DNA of 62,373 nucleotides, filler included, from Anaerolineae bacterium (GTDB taxonomy: Bacteria > Chloroflexota > Anaerolineae > Epilineales > Epilineaceae): NCBI GenBank assembly GCA_029262755.1. It is 7 parts of 7 records of this genome, joined end to end, with 100 filler letters (N's around TTAATTAATTAA, not from the genome) between each part and the next. Parts side by side here need not be neighbours in the genome. Positions count along the whole stretch, not along the records: positions 20,842 to 35,866 come from JAJCYU010000246.1; 6 more parts are not named here. One strand, given 5' to 3'. Below, one piece after another: positions 21,468 to 31,058 of this stretch (within the stretch, counting starts at the first letter, position 1; each line of letters starts with the position of its first letter). The notes under the pieces are model-generated. The model made no database searches and was not told the origin of the DNA. It saw nothing but the letters and a program-made list of their open reading frames with translations. Position numbers and translations under genes: made by a program.

Positions 21468-21956
21468 CTACGCGATCCGTTCCACCGTGCCCTCGTCTAC
21501 GATCACGCGCGTCTGCCGCCCCACGATCTCCAAGAGGATCGCCACACGTGCTTCGCCGTTCATCCGGCGTTCGAAGATGGCCTCCACGTCCCGGAACGGC
21601 CCTTCGCGTACCCGGACTCGTTCTCCCGGCTTGAGCGACAGAAAGGCATCCCCGTCGAGCGCATCCAATCCCGTCCGCAGCGCTGCAACCCACTCGTCCG
21701 AAACCCACGCCGGGCGATCGTCGAAGGTGACGATGGAGGTCAGGCCGGGTGTCCAGCGCACAGGAGCGGCGCCTTCCTTCTCCCAGTCGAAGCGCGCGAA
21801 CATGTAGCGCGGAAAGAAGGGGATATCCCGCGCCTTCCCCTTGCGTCCGCCGACCTCAAGCAGCGGGACGTATGCCTCGATACCGCGTCCCGCAAGCCTG
21901 CGCGCAACCTGGCGTTCGGCGCGCGGTTTTGTGAATACCGTGTACCAACGCTCCAT
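21468..21956 (-). CDS. NusG paralogue, RfaH/UpxY-type transcription antiterminator
   Basis: WYTVFTKPRAE, PFFPRYMF, VRWTPG NGN domain; KOW domain GERVRVREGPF; AAGGGAG RBS. Confidence 0.9.
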   Translation of the reverse strand: MERWYTVFTKPRAERQVARRLAGRGIEAYVPLLEVGGRKGKARDIPFFPRYMFARFDWEKEGAAPVRWTPGLTSIVTFDDRPAWVSDEWVAALRTGLDALDGDAFLSLKPGERVRVREGPFRDVEAIFERRMNGEARVAILLEIVGRQTRVIVDEGTVERIA

Positions 21957-22320
21957 GACAGCACTCCCTTGGCGGCCATCGGCCACCTTGCACCTCGTCC
22001 GAAAATTCAAGCCAACCGAATCGTCAGGCCGGCGTTCCTCGGACGTCGGCCGCAACGTCCCATAACCATACCGGTCCGAGAGGTCGCCGGCCAGGATCGG
22101 CGCAGGCTCTATCGCAAACACACGGCCGAGCGATCAACCATGTACTTGGGCACATGGCGCAATTGCTTACCGTGTTCCGGAGCGAGTCGGAGCACCGCGG
22201 AATGCTCGTGTACTATGAGGCACCGACCGGCTGGGCGACGACCGTCTCGATCCGCGACACCCGATTCCGGCGACGATCCAAGACGCACTTCCGTCAGGCA
22301 ATGGTCCGCGGAGAGAACCG

Positions 22321-24819
22321 ATGGCAAACGTCAAGCAAGGGCCATGGCACGGAGCCGATCCCGTCCGCGCACGAAAACCACGCTGGCGGGGCGCCGGTCT
22401 CCTCGCCTTCGCCCTCCTGATTGCCGCCGCCGGACAACCGCGCCCCCAGGTCCTGGCCCAGCGCGCCACGCCGCCCGCGACGCGCCCGACCCCAACGCCG
22501 CGGCCCGACCTCGATGCGAGCATGATGGCGACGTGGCGTCCGGAGTACACGTCCTGGCAACCGCTCCCGGGTGACGAGACGCCGATTACCTTGGCGGCGG
22601 AGCCGGGCGGGCAAGGCTTGTGGATGGCCACCGGCGCGACGGTCGCCCGGCTCTTTGACGGCGTATGGAGCACGCCGGAGCAGCCCACGGATGCCGATCA
22701 TATCTACGCCATGACGGTGACCGACCGATCCGTGTGGGGCGTCGGCTGGAGCGGTGGAGCGTGGCGCCGGGGCAGCAGCGGCTGGACGGACGTCGCGTCC
22801 GGCACCGTCGGCGACCTATACGCCATGGCCCATGGGTCCGACGGCCTGGTCTGGGCGGCAGGCTTCGATTACGAGACGGCGAGCGGCGTGATCGTACGGT
22901 GGTCGGAGGACGCGGCCGGCGTCGATCCGGCGGCCACCACCCTGTGGTCGGGCGATGCGCTCGTCGCCCTGCAGCTCTACTCCGTGGCGGTTGATTCCAC
23001 GGGCGGTACCTGGGCCGGCGGCTGTCGCATCAACGGCTGGGAGGAAGAGGCGTGGCAACCGGTGATCTTGCGCTTGGATCCGGACGGTTCCTGGTCCGAG
23101 CATGCTCTGCCGTTGTCTACAGGCTGCGTGTACGATCTTGCTTTCGCCGCGGAGGGTCCTGGTTGGGCGGCCGCCGGTACCGACATCCTGCGTTATGACA
23201 ATGCCGCCTGGGTCGCCGAAGGCCTCGTTCCGCCGAGTGCCGACCCCGACGCCCAGCCGCCCGTGCCCGAGGGCGTCGAATGGGTCCGCGTGGCCGCATC
23301 GGGCAGCCGCCTCGGCAACGACGGCCCCCTGCACGGCGCGTGGGCCGTGGCCGGCGTGCCAACCTGGCGTGGCTACATCAACGGGCAGACGCCGTGGCGC
23401 TTCGACGGCAGCGGGTGGTCGCCCGCCGCGGTCGACTACCGCGGGTTGCCCGCGGCCGGCCGCGATGTCGAGACCGAGATCGAGCCCCGTTCCTTCATGG
23501 CCCTGGCCGGCGACGGCGACCGAGCCTGGTCGGTCAACCGCACGACGACCGGCGCCGGCGACGCTGCCATGGCCTTCGCGACCATCATGGAATTGGACGA
23601 GGACGCGGATGCCGCGGTGCTCTTCCACCCCTTGCTGCTGCAGCCGATCAGCGTTGCGATCACCGAGAACCCGGAGGGCGAGAGTCGCGTCTTCGTTGCG
23701 GGCCGGCACGGCTCGACGCCGATCGATCGTAGCGGCGATGTCGGCTGGCTCTCCGATCCGGCGTTTCGCTTCGTGCCGGCGCGGCGCACGATGCAACCCA
23801 CCCGGTCCCACATCGATCTAGCGGCCGCCGACCGGGGTTGGCAGCTTCGGACCGCGGGACCCTTCACGAACTCCGTCGCCGCCGCGCACCGGTGGGACGG
23901 CGAACGGTGGCGGGAGCTAGCCACACCGCGCGGCTTGCGCCAGCTACGCACGCTGCCGGACGGCGGGGCTTGGGGACGCGTCGCACAACCGGGCGGCAAA
24001 CGCTACACGGGCCAGCTCGTCGCCTGGCAGGCGGACGGCTGGCAGCCAGTGCCCGGCGCTCCCGAGCCGGCGGAAGCAACGCCCCTCTGTGACCGCATCG
24101 GAAAGAACATTTCGGCGGTTGCCTGGGCCAGACAGGATTGCGACGTGCCGCGTGCGCCCTTTGATGCCGTCACGCTTCGCGGCAACGGCACACGCGACAA
24201 GCCGGCCGTCACGGTCGGTTGGCTGGGCGGCGCGGATCACCGGATGTACCGCTGGGACGGCACCGACTTTCAGGCCGCGGGCCAGCCCCTTGCAGGTCCT
24301 GTGCTGGACTTGCAGCTTGCTCCGCAGGGCGGCGGCTGGGCGATCATGCACGACGAGCAAGCCGATCCGCCCACCGACCGGCTGATGCGCTTGCAGGGCG
24401 AACGCAACTGGATCGCCGTCGATCAGGTCGTGCGCCGTCACCCACAGCTGCGCTTCAACGTGGTGTCGGTGGAATGGCAAGAACTCGCCATGATCGATGC
24501 GCGCGAGGTGTGGCTGCGCGGACGCATCTTCGCCCCGCGCCTCGGCCGCGGCGACCGCGTCTTGGTCCACCTGCGCGGCAACACCGTCGAGGTCTTTCCC
24601 TTGGCGTGTTCCGTGGTGGGCATGGCCGCGGCCCGCGTGCCGGGTGGATCCGACCTCTGGCTGGTCGGCGGCGTGGACCCGGAAGGCTGCCGGATGGATC
24701 GCTTCCCCATCCCCGTCTACGAACAGGGCGATGCCGTGGCGGGCAACCGAGAGCGCCTGAGCCGCCTGCGCATCCGCGACGTCGCGGGCCGCGTGGCCCT
24801 GCCCTGGCTGGGACGGTAA
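22321..24819 (+). CDS. Large exported Trp/Gly-rich beta-propeller-like protein with C-terminal VALPWLGR
   Basis: Signal peptide; many repeats such as VWGVG, W-R-[FW]-DG..W; terminal RVALPWLGR. Confidence 0.7.
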   Translation: MANVKQGPWHGADPVRARKPRWRGAGLLAFALLIAAAGQPRPQVLAQRATPPATRPTPTPRPDLDASMMATWRPEYTSWQPLPGDETPITLAAEPGGQGLWMATGATVARLFDGVWSTPEQPTDADHIYAMTVTDRSVWGVGWSGGAWRRGSSGWTDVASGTVGDLYAMAHGSDGLVWAAGFDYETASGVIVRWSEDAAGVDPAATTLWSGDALVALQLYSVAVDSTGGTWAGGCRINGWEEEAWQPVILRLDPDGSWSEHALPLSTGCVYDLAFAAEGPGWAAAGTDILRYDNAAWVAEGLVPPSADPDAQPPVPEGVEWVRVAASGSRLGNDGPLHGAWAVAGVPTWRGYINGQTPWRFDGSGWSPAAVDYRGLPAAGRDVETEIEPRSFMALAGDGDRAWSVNRTTTGAGDAAMAFATIMELDEDADAAVLFHPLLLQPISVAITENPEGESRVFVAGRHGSTPIDRSGDVGWLSDPAFRFVPARRTMQPTRSHIDLAAADRGWQLRTAGPFTNSVAAAHRWDGERWRELATPRGLRQLRTLPDGGAWGRVAQPGGKRYTGQLVAWQADGWQPVPGAPEPAEATPLCDRIGKNISAVAWARQDCDVPRAPFDAVTLRGNGTRDKPAVTVGWLGGADHRMYRWDGTDFQAAGQPLAGPVLDLQLAPQGGGWAIMHDEQADPPTDRLMRLQGERNWIAVDQVVRRHPQLRFNVVSVEWQELAMIDAREVWLRGRIFAPRLGRGDRVLVHLRGNTVEVFPLACSVVGMAAARVPGGSDLWLVGGVDPEGCRMDRFPIPVYEQGDAVAGNRERLSRLRIRDVAGRVALPWLGR

Positions 24820-25004
24820 GGGGCTCGAAGGTGGCTGCGCTGCTAGTGCGTCGGTCGCTGCTCCCGAAGCGAGCGTGGCGCACACGTGGCGCAGGCGCGG
24901 CGCGCGAGGCCTCCCGGGGCGGTGTCCGGATCGGATAGGCTGCGCGGGCGGCTCCCGGTGGGTCGCACGCCCTCCCCCACGTGGCGGCCGGCCTGGAGCG
25001 ATTC

Positions 25005-26285
25005 ATGCGACCCTTCGAGCACCCGATCCCATCGCGGCCCCGTACCATACGACGCGCCCATCGCGGTCCCGAGCTGGCCCTCACCGTCCTCGGCGCCGCG
25101 GTGCTACTGGCCGCACGCGAGGCGGGCCGCGCGGACGCGCCGGCCATCGAGGCCGCGCCGGCCGATGTCGCGAGCGTATCGCAATTGGTCATCAACGAGA
25201 TCGACTACGACCAACCGGGAGCCGACGACGAGGAGTTCGTCGAGATCTACAACGACGGCGCGGACAGCGTCTCGCTCGACGACGTCCAGATCCTCGGCGT
25301 GAACGGTGACGGAACCGTGTACCGGCGTGAGGCCCTACCGGCGGTTACCGTGGACGCGGGCGAGTTCTTCGTGGTGGGCAGCAGCACGGTCTACAACGTC
25401 GACCACATCGTGTCGGGCACGAGCTGGATCCAGAACGGCGCGCCGGACGCCATCGCGCTCGTCTGGAACCCGACGACGGATCCGGACAACGACCAGATCA
25501 TCGACACCGTGTCCTACGAGGGCGCGGTACCGGGCGGCCCGGCGTGGGGCGGCACGTGGACGGAAGGCACGGTCGGCGCGCCTGCAGACGACGGCGGGGA
25601 CGATTTCCTCGGTCTAGCGCGCCATCCGGACGGCGAGGACACGGACGACAACGACGTCGACTTCGCGGCGCGGTGTACGACGCCCGGCACCGCGAACGTC
25701 ACCACGGACACCTCCTGCCCGGACCCGGCCGCCGGCACCGCAACGCCGACGGCCACGTCGACGCCAACGGAGACGCCGACATCGACCCCGCTGCCCTCCG
25801 CCACCGCGACGCCCGGCGGCCCCACGCCGACCCCGGTCACGCCAACGGCTACGTCGACCCCGACCACCGCGCCGAGTGCGACGCCCACGACCGGCCCCAG
25901 CCCCACCCCGACCGATCTGCCCGACGTCGGAACGTTGGCCGTCGAGCTCGAGGCGTTCACGGCTCGCCGTCTGGGCGGACAGATTCGCATCTCGTGGCGC
26001 ACATCATCAGAGACCGATCACGCGGCCTTCCAGATAATGCGTGCGAACGCCGGCGCGTTTTGGACGTCCGCCGTCCCGATCGGCGCCCCGCAACGCGCCC
26101 AAGGCGATGTGTTCGCAGGGGCATCGTACACAGCGCTGGACACACATGCGCCCGGATCCGCCTTGGACTACTGGCTGGTTGATCTCGATCGCTGGGGTCG
26201 CGCAACCTGGCACGGTCCCGTGCGGGTCGGGCCGGCGACCCACATCGCCCGTCCGACGGATCCACGGGCGCCGAGCGCGCGATGA
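25005..26285 (+). CDS. Exported lamin-tail-domain protein with Pro/Thr linker and C-terminal AVELxxF (PVEL-type Ig-like) domain
   Basis: LVINEIDYDQPGADDEEFVEIYN, IQNGAPDAIAL, DTVSYEG (LTD); LAVELEAFTA...ISWRTSSETDHAAFQIMRA...YWLVDLD; stop overlaps the C25 ATG. Confidence 0.8.
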   Translation: MRPFEHPIPSRPRTIRRAHRGPELALTVLGAAVLLAAREAGRADAPAIEAAPADVASVSQLVINEIDYDQPGADDEEFVEIYNDGADSVSLDDVQILGVNGDGTVYRREALPAVTVDAGEFFVVGSSTVYNVDHIVSGTSWIQNGAPDAIALVWNPTTDPDNDQIIDTVSYEGAVPGGPAWGGTWTEGTVGAPADDGGDDFLGLARHPDGEDTDDNDVDFAARCTTPGTANVTTDTSCPDPAAGTATPTATSTPTETPTSTPLPSATATPGGPTPTPVTPTATSTPTTAPSATPTTGPSPTPTDLPDVGTLAVELEAFTARRLGGQIRISWRTSSETDHAAFQIMRANAGAFWTSAVPIGAPQRAQGDVFAGASYTALDTHAPGSALDYWLVDLDRWGRATWHGPVRVGPATHIARPTDPRAPSAR

Positions 26286-28789
26286 CGCGCGGTCTCCGAA
26301 TCGCGCGTGGGGCCGCGGCGGCGCTGACCGTCGTCGCGGCCCTCGCCGGCGGCCCGCCGCGCAGCGTTGTGGCTGGGCGAACGAACTCCAGCGGCAAGCC
26401 AGAGGTCGCGCAGGCGGTAATCGCACCGCCCGGTCCCGTCCTCACGCTCGCGCACACGCCGTCCGCGAGCACCCCCGCCGAGAGCGGTCGCCCACCGTGG
26501 GCCGACCCCGACGCGCTGCGGCTGCGCGTCGACGAGGCCGGCGTCGTCGCCGTGACCGGTGCGATGCTCCGCAACGCGGGTTGGGCGCTCGACGTCGTGG
26601 AAGCGGCTCGCGTGCGGCTGTCGCGTCAAGGGCGGCCGATACCGTACGCCATCCTTCGGGATGGTGTCGCGACGGCGGACGGCACCCTGCGCGACACGGA
26701 CCGGCTCGTGTTCGTGGCGGCAGCGCCGGACTCGACCTATGCGCCATTCGCGATCTACTGGCTACAGCCGGCTGCAGAACCGCAGCGCTTCGCCGCGCTC
26801 AGCATCGCTCCTCCGCCACCCGGCTCCCCTGTTCCCGCGACCGGAACTCGCGTGCGCGCAGAAATGCACCTTGAGCAGGACGATTACTTCGTGGGCGCCT
26901 TCCGGCCCCCGGGCGGCGATCGCTGGCTGTGGGGCGCCCCCCTGTGGGCGGGGCAGCAACGCTCGATCTCGTTGCCGAGCACACCGCCCGTGCATCCCGA
27001 AGGCAGCGCCACGCTGGCGCTGCGACTCGTCGGCGTCACGAACGATCCGCAGCGGAGCCCGGACCATCATCCGCGGCTCGCGTTGGCGGACGTCGAACGC
27101 GACGCGCCGGCCTTCGAGGGACTCTCTGCGATCACGGTCACCATGACCGTGGACGCAAACCGCTGGCGGGAAGCGGCATCGGGTGAAGGCTTGCGGCTGC
27201 ACGGCGCCGACCGGGACACGAGCCCGGACCGCGGCACGGTGCTGGACGGCATTCAGGTCGATCAACTGGCCCTCGCGTGGGACGCCGAGGCCACAGCGCG
27301 GGACGCAAACGGGCAGCCCGGAACGCAGCTCTCGTTTCTCGTTCTTTCGCGCGATCCGACCATCGTTACCGGGCTTGCCGCACCGCGAATTCACGCCGCG
27401 GCATTCCCAACCGGCGACGCATCGCCCATGCTGTGGACGGTGGAGGACGCCGCAGGCGACCTGGGCGACCCCCGTGACCCCGGCGACCCCGGCGCTGGAC
27501 ATTGGATCCACCTCCCCGCCGCCCTGCCGGGGACGCGCGTCGTCGTGTGGACGGCGGGCGCGGAATCCGCTCCGGCTGCCATCACGCGCAACCGGGCGAG
27601 CGATCTCAGCGGCGCCGGACGCGATGGTCCGTGGCCGGGCGATCGGCGCGGCGGTGCGGAGTGGATCGTCGTGGCGGACGCGCGTCTCCATGGAGCGCTG
27701 GCGCCGCTTGTGGCACACCGCCGTAGCGCCGGTTTGTCTACGGCGCTGGTCGACGTACAGGACGTGTGGGACGAAGGATCGCACGGCGTGCCCGATCCGG
27801 CCGCGCTGTCCGCGTTGCTGCTGCGCGCCCGAGCGCGGTGGGATCCGGCGCCACGTTACGTGCTGCTCGTCGGCGAGTCGAACCTCGATCACCGCGGCGG
27901 GGACGCGCGTCGCCGCGGACAGCCGGGCCCGCCCGACTTGCTACCGGCTTGGACGCTGGAACGCGCCGACGGCTCTGCGGCCACGAGCGACCTGCCCTAC
28001 GTGGATCACAACGGCGATGGAGCGCCGGAGATCGCCATCGGACGCCTGCCGGGCGCGGACGAGGGCGAAGTGGCGGCCGTCGTGGCACGCGTGCTCGCCC
28101 ACGAAGGCCGGGCGATCGCCGCTGCGCCCGCGCCGCGCGCCGTGCTGCTCGACGACGGGAGCAACCCTGCCCTCGCCGAAGCCACCGCGCGTTTGGCGGC
28201 CGTGCTCGCTCCCCGGCTGCGCGTCGCGCGTCACGACGGCGCCGCGATGCGGGCGGCCGGCGACGACCTGCCGGGAGTCGTGCGCGCCGAGCTGGCCGCC
28301 GGCGCGCTCGTCGTGGCCTATGTGGGGCATGGCAACGCGGACACCTGGGCACCGTGGCCGGGAGGCGGGCGCCTGCTACATGCGCGTGATCTGGCCGATA
28401 CTCCCAACGGAGCGGAGGCGACCGACCGCGGCCTGCTGGTCGCGGCGACCTGCCTCAACGGCTTCTTCGACCATCCCGTCACCGGCGGATCCCTCGCCGA
28501 ACGCTGGCTGCTGGATCCCGGAGGCGGCGTGGCGGCCTGGGCGCCGTCCGGAGCGGCGCGGCTACCGGCCCAGGCCGCGCTCCTCGAAGCCCTCGGCAGT
28601 GAGCTGGCGCTCGCTCCAGGCCGTCCCGTCGGGGACGTGATCGCGCGCGCGCAGCGGCGCGTGATAGCGGGCAGGCCGGACCGGCGTGAGGCGGCGCAGA
28701 GCATGGTCTTGCTCGCGGACCCTGCCATGCCGCTGTGGCCGGGCGCCGCCCGCCGGCCGCTCCACCTGCCGCGGCTCGGCCGCCCGTGA
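26282..28789 (+). CDS. Peptidase family C25 (gingipain/PorU-like cysteine peptidase)
   Basis: LVDVQDVWDE, YVLLVGE, SDLPY, PEIAIGRLP, catalytic-type YVGHG (His 28328) and ATCLNGFF (Cys 28451), SLAERWL, LLADP; N-terminal LRVDEAGVVAVT propeptide-like region; ends LHLPRLGRP. Confidence 0.88.
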   Translation: MTRGLRIARGAAAALTVVAALAGGPPRSVVAGRTNSSGKPEVAQAVIAPPGPVLTLAHTPSASTPAESGRPPWADPDALRLRVDEAGVVAVTGAMLRNAGWALDVVEAARVRLSRQGRPIPYAILRDGVATADGTLRDTDRLVFVAAAPDSTYAPFAIYWLQPAAEPQRFAALSIAPPPPGSPVPATGTRVRAEMHLEQDDYFVGAFRPPGGDRWLWGAPLWAGQQRSISLPSTPPVHPEGSATLALRLVGVTNDPQRSPDHHPRLALADVERDAPAFEGLSAITVTMTVDANRWREAASGEGLRLHGADRDTSPDRGTVLDGIQVDQLALAWDAEATARDANGQPGTQLSFLVLSRDPTIVTGLAAPRIHAAAFPTGDASPMLWTVEDAAGDLGDPRDPGDPGAGHWIHLPAALPGTRVVVWTAGAESAPAAITRNRASDLSGAGRDGPWPGDRRGGAEWIVVADARLHGALAPLVAHRRSAGLSTALVDVQDVWDEGSHGVPDPAALSALLLRARARWDPAPRYVLLVGESNLDHRGGDARRRGQPGPPDLLPAWTLERADGSAATSDLPYVDHNGDGAPEIAIGRLPGADEGEVAAVVARVLAHEGRAIAAAPAPRAVLLDDGSNPALAEATARLAAVLAPRLRVARHDGAAMRAAGDDLPGVVRAELAAGALVVAYVGHGNADTWAPWPGGGRLLHARDLADTPNGAEATDRGLLVAATCLNGFFDHPVTGGSLAERWLLDPGGGVAAWAPSGAARLPAQAALLEALGSELALAPGRPVGDVIARAQRRVIAGRPDRREAAQSMVLLADPAMPLWPGAARRPLHLPRLGRP

Positions 28790-28844
28790 GCCGCGATCCG
28801 CCTGCTGCCGCGCTCGGCGCTCCCTTCTATCGCTGCTCAAGCCG

Positions 28845-30659
28845 TTAGCGCCGCCTATACGCAAAGGGCAAATAGATCGTGCGCGTGCCCACGCCACGAT
28901 CGACCGTCGGGGTCGGGGGCGGCAACGAAGAGGGCATTGCGATCTGGGTCGGGGTCGAGGGCTCACGCAACGACGTCGGAGAGGGCTCCGCGCTGGGTGA
29001 CGACGTCGGGCCCGGCGCCGGCGTATCGGTCGGCGTTGCGGCCGTGCCGTCGGGAGGGCTTGACGTCGGGCTTGCGCTTGCCGTGGGACCCGGCGGCGGC
29101 GAGCCGCCGGGTGGCGTTGGCGTTGCCTCCGCGGTCGCTGTGCCGACGCCACTCGGTGTCGGCGAGGCCGGCGAATCCGGCGTGCCGCTCGCGATCGGGC
29201 TTCCGGTGGTGGCCGTCGAGGTCGATGTGGCAACAGGCAGCGTGGCGGTACCGGTTGCGGTCGGGGGCATCCCGTCCGCACGAAGCTCGATGATCGTGCC
29301 CTCGTCGCCGACGGCGAATCCCAGACCGTCGTGGGCCATCCAGACGTCGTTGAGCGCCACGCGCGGATCGCCTTGGATGGGCACCGTGTACCAATGCTCG
29401 TCCGGTTGCAGGTAGGCGATGGTCGATGAGCCCGACGTCGGGCCGCCGACTACCCAGCCGACGCCGCGGCGCAGCAGGTCGATGCCCAGCACGTCCACAG
29501 TCAGGGGCGGACCGGAGGGCGGTCGGATCGGACGGTCCTTGTTGTCAAACCAACAGGCGGTCTCGGGGTCGTCGTCGTGACAGAAGCCGAGGTAGCGGTT
29601 CATGCGGCCTTTCTGCCCGCCGTCCCAGCCGTACTGTGCGTCCGTCATGTCCATCGCGTAGAGATGATCCTTACCGGACTTGCCACGCGCGCCCCAGTCA
29701 CCCGGTTGGTCGCCGGCGGCCTTATACCACGCCTCGTGACCGTTCTCGCCGACGATCCACGCTTCCTCCGCGGAGATGATCTTGGCCGCACGCAGATCCG
29801 CCGAGATGTTCGTCGAACGCGTCGTGGCAGTGTAGCGCCATCGGCCGTCGCCGTTCGGGCCGCGGCCGTCGTCCAGGAATTCGAGAATCAGAGACTTCAA
29901 CGAGTCGGTGTCGGTGTCATTCCCCGCGATCCAGCCGAACCACAGTTCCTGGCCCGCATCCCAAAGCATGTCTAGGGCGTTGAGCGGCGCGAGCGGACGC
30001 GCCAGGCCGACATCGTTGAAGGTGAACACCGACCATCCCGTGCCGTCGTGGCGTACGACCATCCCGCAGCCCTCGTCGTAGTCGACGTCGTCGCGGGAAA
30101 TCGGCGTGGCCGCGACGCAGTCGCGCTCTAGGCCGCTGCCGCCCTCATACCGACCGACGGCCCAAAGGTCGCCCGGTCCGCGGACAAACACGTCGCGCAG
30201 GTCGTAGCGCTTGAGTCCCGCGCACATCTCTTCGAAGGCCGTGACGCGCTGCCAGCCTTCCCCGCGATGCACGGCGACCGAGCATGCATCGCCGACGGCC
30301 CAGACCTCATGGCCGCCGCCGGGCAGAACCACCCCATGCACGGCGTTGAGCGCAGGGGGCGTGCCGCCGCGCGTTGCGGTCCACAACGGATCCGCGTCCA
30401 CCGCGTGCTGCACCATCCACGGCGCGGCCGGCGTCCAAGGCTCGAATGTCGGCATGATGGTGGGTACCAGCGTTGGATTTCCCTGCGCGACGACGGCTCG
30501 GCTGTCGCCTGAATCTCCGTTCACCGCCCAGGCGATCAGCGCCAAGCAGAAGAGGATGGCGAAGAGGATCGATGCGGAACCTGCCGTCTCGTTCGTAGCT
30601 CGCTCGACCACGTTGGCGGCGCGATTGGACACTTGGTGGGCAGTTTTCGGGGGGGTCAT
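28845..30659 (-). CDS. Exported beta-propeller-like protein with Pro/Thr stalk and C-terminal IYLPFAYRRR
   Basis: TM or signal segment; repeats LNAV..VWAVG, LRDVFV..LWAVG, LNDVWM..GFAVG; GAGG RBS. Confidence 0.75.
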   Translation of the reverse strand: MTPPKTAHQVSNRAANVVERATNETAGSASILFAILFCLALIAWAVNGDSGDSRAVVAQGNPTLVPTIMPTFEPWTPAAPWMVQHAVDADPLWTATRGGTPPALNAVHGVVLPGGGHEVWAVGDACSVAVHRGEGWQRVTAFEEMCAGLKRYDLRDVFVRGPGDLWAVGRYEGGSGLERDCVAATPISRDDVDYDEGCGMVVRHDGTGWSVFTFNDVGLARPLAPLNALDMLWDAGQELWFGWIAGNDTDTDSLKSLILEFLDDGRGPNGDGRWRYTATTRSTNISADLRAAKIISAEEAWIVGENGHEAWYKAAGDQPGDWGARGKSGKDHLYAMDMTDAQYGWDGGQKGRMNRYLGFCHDDDPETACWFDNKDRPIRPPSGPPLTVDVLGIDLLRRGVGWVVGGPTSGSSTIAYLQPDEHWYTVPIQGDPRVALNDVWMAHDGLGFAVGDEGTIIELRADGMPPTATGTATLPVATSTSTATTGSPIASGTPDSPASPTPSGVGTATAEATPTPPGGSPPPGPTASASPTSSPPDGTAATPTDTPAPGPTSSPSAEPSPTSLREPSTPTQIAMPSSLPPPTPTVDRGVGTRTIYLPFAYRRR

Positions 30660-31058
30660 GGCACCTCGGGTGCGCTCGGTCCAGCCGGGTCCTGGCACAT
30701 GGTGATCTACGTCGCACGCTACGCGCGAACGGCATTTCACAGCAGCCCTCGGCGCGTGATACTGTAGCGTGCGAGTGTATGCGGTTCGTATCCTTCCGCA
30801 TTCCTCGTGCGTCATCTGTTGCGGTAGTGTTACGAGGTCATGGACGCATGCCCTCGCCGCGTATCATTACAATGCCGCAGCACCGTCCTGGAATCGTTCG
30901 CAGGCGCACCGAGAGATCGGAGCGCGCTTTCGTTCGAGATATAGGACGCTTGAGAACCACCGACGCGTTACGCTCGATTTGCGATCCGTCCCCCACCCGG
31001 ATCCCGCGAGCGGCTCGCCGCGCTTGTCGCGACGGGTTGCCCAAATGCCCGCGAGGCC

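Noticed and set aside
21840..21880. AYVPLL in the RfaH paralogue as another YLP motif
   Set aside because: Part of the conserved NGN domain of a cytoplasmic protein
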